The notes below the pieces were generated by a model, which did not search any database, was not told where the DNA came from, and saw nothing but the letters and a program-made list of their open reading frames with translations. Below, piece after piece: positions 59,101 through 64,000 of a stretch of 64,000 nt of DNA. The translations under genes were made by a program, and so were the position numbers. Position 1 is the stretch's first letter. Each line of letters begins with the position of its first letter. This stretch comes from Calditrichales bacterium (GTDB lineage Bacteria; Calditrichota; Calditrichia; Calditrichales; J004): the NCBI GenBank assembly GCA_965267575.1, contig OZ254086.1, positions 4,544,001 through 4,608,000 on the forward strand, read 5' to 3'.

Positions 59101-62100
59101 CATCACGAGTGAAATAAAGCGTACCATTAGCGCCGGCCACGTAGCCGATTTGGGCGTTTAGCCATACCGTGGCATGGAGGAATTCCGTTGTGCCAATGTT
59201 GACGGCCGTAAAGGTGAGATCGGTTTCAACGCCTGTACCGTTCACTGGCACTACACACGGTGAGCCGGCCGCGTTGTGGCTGAATTCAATATCGGTGCTG
59301 TAACTGCCACCGGCAGCCGGACTGAAGGTGACGTTAAAAACAGCGTTGCCCGAAGGCGCAATCGAAGCCGTGGCCGGAGATACGTTAAAGGCACTGTTGC
59401 CCGATTGCACGGCACTGATTTCCAGAATGCCATCGCCGTTGTTGGTTACGTTGAGCGAACGCGTGTTGGAATAACCGACCGCGGTATTGGCGAAATCGAT
59501 ACTGGCCGGATTAACGGAAAATACCGGTGTACCCTGTAGCGCGCTGCTTTCAAAACGATAAGCCACGCCGCCGCCGCCAACAAAGTAGCCCTGCAAACCG
59601 CTTAGCGTAATGCCGTAGAAATTGGCGTTGATGCCCAGGTCGATTACTTCCCAGGTGTTGCCACCATCGTTGGTTTGCAGCAACAGACCGCCGTCTCCCA
59701 CGGCCCAGGCGTTGTTTGCATCACCAATGATAATATTACGAATAATGACCGAGACGCCGCTGTTAAGCGCCACCCAGTTGGCCCCGCCATCATTGGTGCG
59801 GTAGATAGTGCCGTTGGCACCCACGGCGTAACCAAAAGAGCTGTTAAGAAAGTAGACGCCGTATAAATCAACATTTATGCTGACACTGAGTTGCAGCCAT
59901 GTGCTGCCATTCCAATTGTAAATGACACCACCCGTGCCCACAGCGTAAGCGACGTTGTCGCCGGCCCAAATGCTGTGGAAGGTAACACCGCTGATATTCA
60001 GTTGCTGGACCCAGCTTGTCCCATTCCAGTAGTAGATGAGTCCGTCGCTGCCGCAGGCCCAGCCAAAGCCACCGCTGAAGGTAATGGCATGGAACGTGGT
60101 GTTGCCGCCGGGGCTGGCGTAGTTCCAGGAAAGGCCGCCGTCAATAGAGTAGCAGATATGGCCGTTGGCGCCGGTTACCCAGACCGTGTCGTTTACAACG
60201 GTAACACTGTAAAGATCATCACCGGAAGCGACACTGTAATCGGTCCAGCTTTGCCCGCCATCGTCAGTGTAAAGGACCAACCCCCCGTCTCCCACTACGT
60301 AACCTATGTTTTCACTTACGAACCAGGTACCGCGGATGTTGACGGTGACGCCTGTGACCAACCCGCTGTAGTCAAAATTCTGCGGTGTGAAGTTGGCCGA
60401 GATGGTGTGGTTTTGCGTGACATTCGTAAAGGCATAGGAGGAAATCGCCCCTTGTGAAACACCATCCACAAAAACGTCGCCAATATTATAATCGACATCA
60501 GCGCTTATATTGAAAGTCTGGTCGTCACCTTCATTCACGGTAACAGTTCCCGATGGCGAGATGGAGCCGTTGGCCACGGCGACGGCATTGATGGAGTAGG
60601 TGTTTAAGGCAAACGATGCCGAAATGGTGTGATCGTCATCCACCGTATTGAAGGTATATTGCGTGGCCGGACCTACGGAGACCCCATCCACCAACACATC
60701 GTCCACGTGGTAGCCGGCATCGGGAGTAATATCAAAGGTTTGGCTTTCACCGCCCAACACGGTGATGCTGCCCAGCGGATCAATCGAACCGTTGGCCCCG
60801 GCCGAAGAGGTAATCGTATAGCTGTTTTGCGAAAACGTGGCCGACAGCGTATGACTTGTGGTGACGTTGCTGAACGTGTACTGCGCCACGGCACCGACAG
60901 AAACACCGTCCACTAGTACATCATCTATGCTGTAGCCGGGGTTGGCGCCAATGGTGACAGTGAAGTCACTGCCCTGGTTAACGGTATTCTGCCCCAGCGG
61001 ACTCACCGTACCGCCGGGATTTGTCGAGGTGGTAATGGTATGGGTAATCGCGCTGAAAGAGGCCGAAATCGAATGATTGGTGGTAACATTAGTGAATTCA
61101 TAATTGCTGACGGCCCCGACCGAACTGCCGTCCACAACCACGTCATTGATTTCATAATTGCTGTTCGGCGTAATCGAAAAAGACTGGTCGTCACCGTGGG
61201 TCACAGCGACGTTCCCGTCCGGCGTAATAGAACCATTTGCACCCGCCGCCGCGCTAATGGTGTAAGTGTTGAGTTCAAAGCTGGCTTCAATAGTGTGGTT
61301 GGCAATCACGCTGCTGAACACATAGCTGGTCACCGGGCCGACAGAGCTGCCATCGACAAGCACATCCAGGACATGATAGCCGGTGGCCGGTGTAATCGTA
61401 AAGGTTTGGTCAGTGCCGCCGGTAACGGAAACATTGCCCGACGGCGAGATGCTGCCGTTGGGACCTGCCGTGGCCGTAATCGTGTATGTCTGCACAGCAA
61501 AGCTGGCTTCAATAGTGTGATCGGCCGTGACGTTATTGAACGTATAACTGGTTACCGCACCCACAGACGCGGCGTCCACCAGGACGTCATCCACCTGGTA
61601 GCCGCTATTGGGTGTAATGGCAAAGGTTTGATTCTGGCCCTGGTCCACTTCAATGATGCCTGACGGCGAAATGCTGCCATTGGCTCCGGCCGTAGCGGTG
61701 ATTTCGTAGACCGGTGTGGCAGGCGGGTTGCCGGCCACCAGCGTCAAGTGGTCCGAAAAATATTTTGGATTAAGGTACAGCCCGTTTCCAATCTCACGCC
61801 CGGTGATGGTTTCGAATGTATCCGTGCGCGTGCCGTAATAAAGCACCTGGAAGCTGTCACCAAAAGCCGGTTGATAGCCATTGAGCAGGTTGATATTCAA
61901 AGTCCCGTCCAGATCGGCGTTGGCAGAAATATTAAGCTGGTCAAAATCGCTGCCCGCCGTTAACCCTTCAATATCTACGGTAAACGCGCCGGATGTAGGC
62001 TGCAGAAAATTTCCGCTCAGATTTAGAATGCCTTTATCGTCAATCTTTCCGGGGTATAAATTACCCTCGTTTTCGAAAACGGCGTTGCTTACGGTCAGGT

Positions 62101-64000
62101 TGTTTCCATTGTGCGTTTCGATCGTTCCGGAGGCCAGGTTGCGCATGACCGAACCCTGGAAAGTGGTCCGGAAATTCATGGTAAGCTGACCGGCGTTTTC
62201 AAAATCGGCATTGATGTAGCGATAGCCATAGCTGCCATCGGAAATCATCACGCCATTCGTTGCATTAAGCAGCGTGCCATTAGTAACGGACAGGTACGTG
62301 CTGTAGGAATGACTGGCATAGCCGCTGGACATCTCGATCTGCCCGTTGTTGGTGAAGCCGTTGTCAAAGGTAATCTGCGCCTGACGGCTGGTGTTTACAG
62401 CTATCTCCAAGGCCGAACCTGCCTGCGTTGTAAAGGCACCGGTCATGCTGTTGCTCTGACGGTGCACACGGATCAGGTCGGCATTATCCAGCGCCGCGCT
62501 GATGGTGTTGTTCTCATACAATACCAGCGTGTCCTGGTTGGTCAGTTGCTGCGTGGAAGCCAGCTCGGAGCCGCTGAAGGTCATCTCGATTTCCGGCAGA
62601 ACCGGCTGGTTGAAGGTGGCCACGGTGGAGCTAAAATCGATACGCCCTTCCCCGCTGATGCTGCCGCCGTCATAGCTGAAATTGCTGTCGTCCAGGATCA
62701 GCACACGGTTGGCAGCAATGCTGATAGTGCCGCTGGTCGCATGCGTGTTGGAAGCACCTTGCAGATGCAGCGTATAATCTACGTTTATAGCGCCCTGGTT
62801 GTCTGTGCTGGCGTTAAGGAAACGATTGCCGTAGCCTCCCAGCGAGGTGATGCTGCCGCCGGACGCGTTGGTCAGTAGACCGCTATTAACTGTCAGGTAG
62901 GTGCTATAGGAATGGCTGGCATAGCTGCTGGACATCTCGATCTGCCCGTTGTTGACAAAGCCGTTGTCAAAGGTGATCTGCGCCTGGCGGGTGGTCACCA
63001 CGTTAATATCAAGTAAAGAACCGCTTTGCGTGGTGAGCTGCCCTGTCATACTGTTGTTGTTGCGCTGTACATCGATGGTGCCATAGTTGTCAATGTCGGC
63101 GGAGATCGTATTGCCGGCATAAAGACGCACGGTGCCGTTGCTGGTAAGCGTCGCCGGCGCGGCCAGTTCCGAATCCATGAAGGTCATCAGCACATCAGGG
63201 AGAACCGCCACATTGAAGGTAGCCGTCGAGGCATCAAAATCGATGCGACCTGGTCCGTTGACCGTGCCGCCGTTGTAGGCAAACGAGGTGCTTTCCACGA
63301 TCAGTGCCCGTCCCGACGCAATGTCGATTGTGCCCGTATTTACATGTGTCGCCGCCGCACCCTGTAGATGCAACGTATAATCAACATCCAGCAGGCCCTG
63401 GTTGTCCAGTTCCCCGTTGAGATAGCGCTGGCCGTAGCCGCCCAACACCGTGATGCTGCCGCCGGAAGCGTTGGTAAGCGTGCCGTTAGTGACGGTCAGG
63501 TAACTGTGGTAGGAGTTGCTGGCATAGCCGCTGGACATCTCGATCTGCCCGTTGTTGACAAAGCCGTTGTCAAAGGTGATCTGCGCCTGGCGGGTGGTCA
63601 CCACGTTAATATCAAGTAAAGAACCGCTTTGCGTGGTGAGCTGCCCTGTCATACTGTTGTTGTTGCGCTGTACATCGATGGTGCCATAGTTGTCAATGTC
63701 GGCGGAGATCGTATTGCCGGCATAAAGACGCACGGTGCCGTTGCTGGTAAGCGTCGCCGGCGCGGCCAGTTCCGAATCCATGAAGGTCATCAACACATCA
63801 GGGAGAACCGCCACATTAAAGGTAGCCGTCGAGGCGTCAAAATCGATGCGACCTGGTCCGCTGACCGTGCCGCCGTTGTAGGCAAACGAGGTGCTTTCCA
63901 CGATCAGTGCCCGTCCCGACGCAATGTCGATTGTGCCCGTATTTACATGTGTCGCCGCCGCACCCTGTAGATGCAACGTATAATCAACATCCAGCAGGCC
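56174..64000 (-). CDS. Giant repetitive T9SS-secreted surface protein (5' end outside the window)
   Basis: Frame stays open to base 64000. Contains 201-aa beta-solenoid-like repeats, six ~75-aa 'YTITATAG.NGSISPSG' repeats, three YCF48-like propellers, two Ig-like (ASH-type) domains, an SdrD-B-like domain and a 'YPNYPNPFNPTT...KRMLLLK' CTD. Confidence 0.9.
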   Translation of the reverse strand, partial: GLLDVDYTLHLQGAAATHVNTGTIDIASGRALIVESTSFAYNGGTVSGPGRIDFDASTATFNVAVLPDVLMTFMDSELAAPATLTSNGTVRLYAGNTISADIDNYGTIDVQRNNNSMTGQLTTQSGSLLDINVVTTRQAQITFDNGFVNNGQIEMSSGYASNSYHSYLTVTNGTLTNASGGSITVLGGYGQRYLNGELDNQGLLDVDYTLHLQGAAATHVNTGTIDIASGRALIVESTSFAYNGGTVNGPGRIDFDASTATFNVAVLPDVLMTFMDSELAAPATLTSNGTVRLYAGNTISADIDNYGTIDVQRNNNSMTGQLTTQSGSLLDINVVTTRQAQITFDNGFVNNGQIEMSSSYASHSYSTYLTVNSGLLTNASGGSITSLGGYGNRFLNASTDNQGAINVDYTLHLQGASNTHATSGTISIAANRVLILDDSNFSYDGGSISGEGRIDFSSTVATFNQPVLPEIEMTFSGSELASTQQLTNQDTLVLYENNTISAALDNADLIRVHRQSNSMTGAFTTQAGSALEIAVNTSRQAQITFDNGFTNNGQIEMSSGYASHSYSTYLSVTNGTLLNATNGVMISDGSYGYRYINADFENAGQLTMNFRTTFQGSVMRNLASGTIETHNGNNLTVSNAVFENEGNLYPGKIDDKGILNLSGNFLQPTSGAFTVDIEGLTAGSDFDQLNISANADLDGTLNINLLNGYQPAFGDSFQVLYYGTRTDTFETITGREIGNGLYLNPKYFSDHLTLVAGNPPATPVYEITATAGANGSISPSGIIEVDQGQNQTFAITPNSGYQVDDVLVDAASVGAVTSYTFNNVTADHTIEASFAVQTYTITATAGPNGSISPSGNVSVTGGTDQTFTITPATGYHVLDVLVDGSSVGPVTSYVFSSVIANHTIEASFELNTYTISAAAGANGSITPDGNVAVTHGDDQSFSITPNSNYEINDVVVDGSSVGAVSNYEFTNVTTNHSISASFSAITHTITTSTNPGGTVSPLGQNTVNQGSDFTVTIGANPGYSIDDVLVDGVSVGAVAQYTFSNVTTSHTLSATFSQNSYTITSSAGANGSIDPLGSITVLGGESQTFDITPDAGYHVDDVLVDGVSVGPATQYTFNTVDDDHTISASFALNTYSINAVAVANGSISPSGTVTVNEGDDQTFNISADVDYNIGDVFVDGVSQGAISSYAFTNVTQNHTISANFTPQNFDYSGLVTGVTVNIRGTWFVSENIGYVVGDGGLVLYTDDGGQSWTDYSVASGDDLYSVTVVNDTVWVTGANGHICYSIDGGLSWNYASPGGNTTFHAITFSGGFGWACGSDGLIYYWNGTSWVQQLNISGVTFHSIWAGDNVAYAVGTGGVIYNWNGSTWLQLSVSINVDLYGVYFLNSSFGYAVGANGTIYRTNDGGANWVALNSGVSVIIRNIIIGDANNAWAVGDGGLLLQTNDGGNTWEVIDLGINANFYGITLSGLQGYFVGGGGVAYRFESSALQGTPVFSVNPASIDFANTAVGYSNTRSLNVTNNGDGILEISAVQSGNSAFNVSPATASIAPSGNAVFNVTFSPAAGGSYSTDIEFSHNAAGSPCVVPVNGTGVETDLTFTAVNIGTTEFLHATVWLNAQIGYVAGANGTLYFTRDGGASWAQSVLGTGETIHAIRIIGNRLWIVGSNGLVCYSDDEGVSWVAVNVSTSATFYDITFINPFYGFAVGSSGVIYHWDGTSWTAQSTSVSVDFHSVYAVGSTAYAVGANGVICRWNGSAWVQQNTATTLDFNAVVFWDHDYGFAVGNDGLLCRTSDGGATWVGLSSGVSLDITAIRLFSRDRAWATCANGIVLETSDGGNTWVQISLGIGGRLAGIDFRGCLGFIVGQDGLAYSFNTPACGSLATGYTRLYPGSRQHLYGVSFIDAQNGCIAGWGGNVFITSDGGSNWTPSQTGTTTNLTGIRLVGNNTAFITGYDGLICASYDNGVSWVPFTLNTTAHFFDSYFLSASFGYAVGSNGTICVYDGTSWSAQPTNTSVTFYGVFAIGSTAYAVGANGTICRWNGTAWVPQTSNTNIDFYGVAFVNEKFGFAVGADGTLCRTRDGGKTWEPRPSGTDLDLYGCKVVSGKVAYCVGEDGIVLETTDCGETWHEVSPDIDVDLSGIDIPLADGFSVGELGEALRFENSVLSDVPVFSLASFSSTFDSVAVNDVFTQNVTVYNNGTGVLQLDDLYIDADSYTVSPENATLQPGDSLVVSLNFEPKYSGRIVSHVAFSHNSSCYLDSLKVEGCGYEAPGKIAGTVSVNGQGLAGVIVKLLDQQGLPIGDVADKETDAQGQYLFEEVVPDSYRVMIVEPMGYGVDLNPKETVLESGGCNIVDFALTELVVSNEARSKGYWKHQFDVYEKGKGKAQENENDLYLYIDEIHEHYTVHYDFFNGFTTFAQWQDVLTLKKNPSMRERALAQLAAFVMNLSSEKIGQHMVATEDERTVGDVLTHVSNLLEDSDTSNDEMAKDLAEDINLQRSIGAGIVPAGDILYKNGKFVQWGFGVPDKLALYPNYPNPFNPTTTIRYDLPQSAHVSLVIYNILGQKVATLVDGPQRAGKNRVVFDARSLSSGIYVYVFRSGGFTQIKRMLLLK
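62927..64000. repeat. Intragenic direct repeat with 603-bp period
   Basis: ~62927-63397 is nearly identical to ~63530-64000, with about four substitutions seen by eye. Confidence 0.92.

Noticed and set aside
62170..64000. Diversity-generating retroelement TR/VR pair
   Set aside because: The repeats are in-frame tandem coding units with few, mostly silent differences, and no reverse transcriptase is present.

Overview
Bacterial chromosomal window of about 50 CDSs. It most likely comes from an FCB-superphylum organism such as Calditrichota or KSB1, inferred from the T9SS-type 'YPNPFNP' C-terminal domains and Shine-Dalgarno usage. 0-15 kb: a TonB-domain lipoprotein, SSS/APC/NSS transporters, DedA, an N-acyl-D-amino-acid deacylase, a RelE/ParE toxin-antitoxin pair, an acyl-CoA ligase, an RsbW-like kinase-GNAT fusion, a CPBP protease and an anaerobic sulfatase maturase. 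15-18.6 kb: a fur operon with two Fur boxes, encoding a Cys-rich mini-protein, a NifB/NifX protein, an internally deleted permease, a ferritin-like protein, a COG0731-type radical SAM enzyme and a CGGC protein. 18.7-42 kb: a mosaic of detoxification and accessory genes (VOC proteins, LuxR/DUF4199, an atypical P1B-ATPase, AraC modules, an M16 peptidase) mixed with several palindromic repeat families, including a ~206-bp tandem array. 42-56 kb: an AT-rich block beginning at a decayed tRNA-Leu 3' fragment. It holds three serine hydrolases (one frameshifted), a propeller sensor kinase with an extra inserted domain, a NarL-type regulator and two T9SS cargo proteins, and a candidate operator is shared by two of its promoters. 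56-64 kb: the 3' part of a giant (>2600 aa) repetitive T9SS surface protein. No rRNA, intact tRNA, CRISPR array, integrase or transposase was seen. All calls come from reading motifs by eye, and no database search was run.
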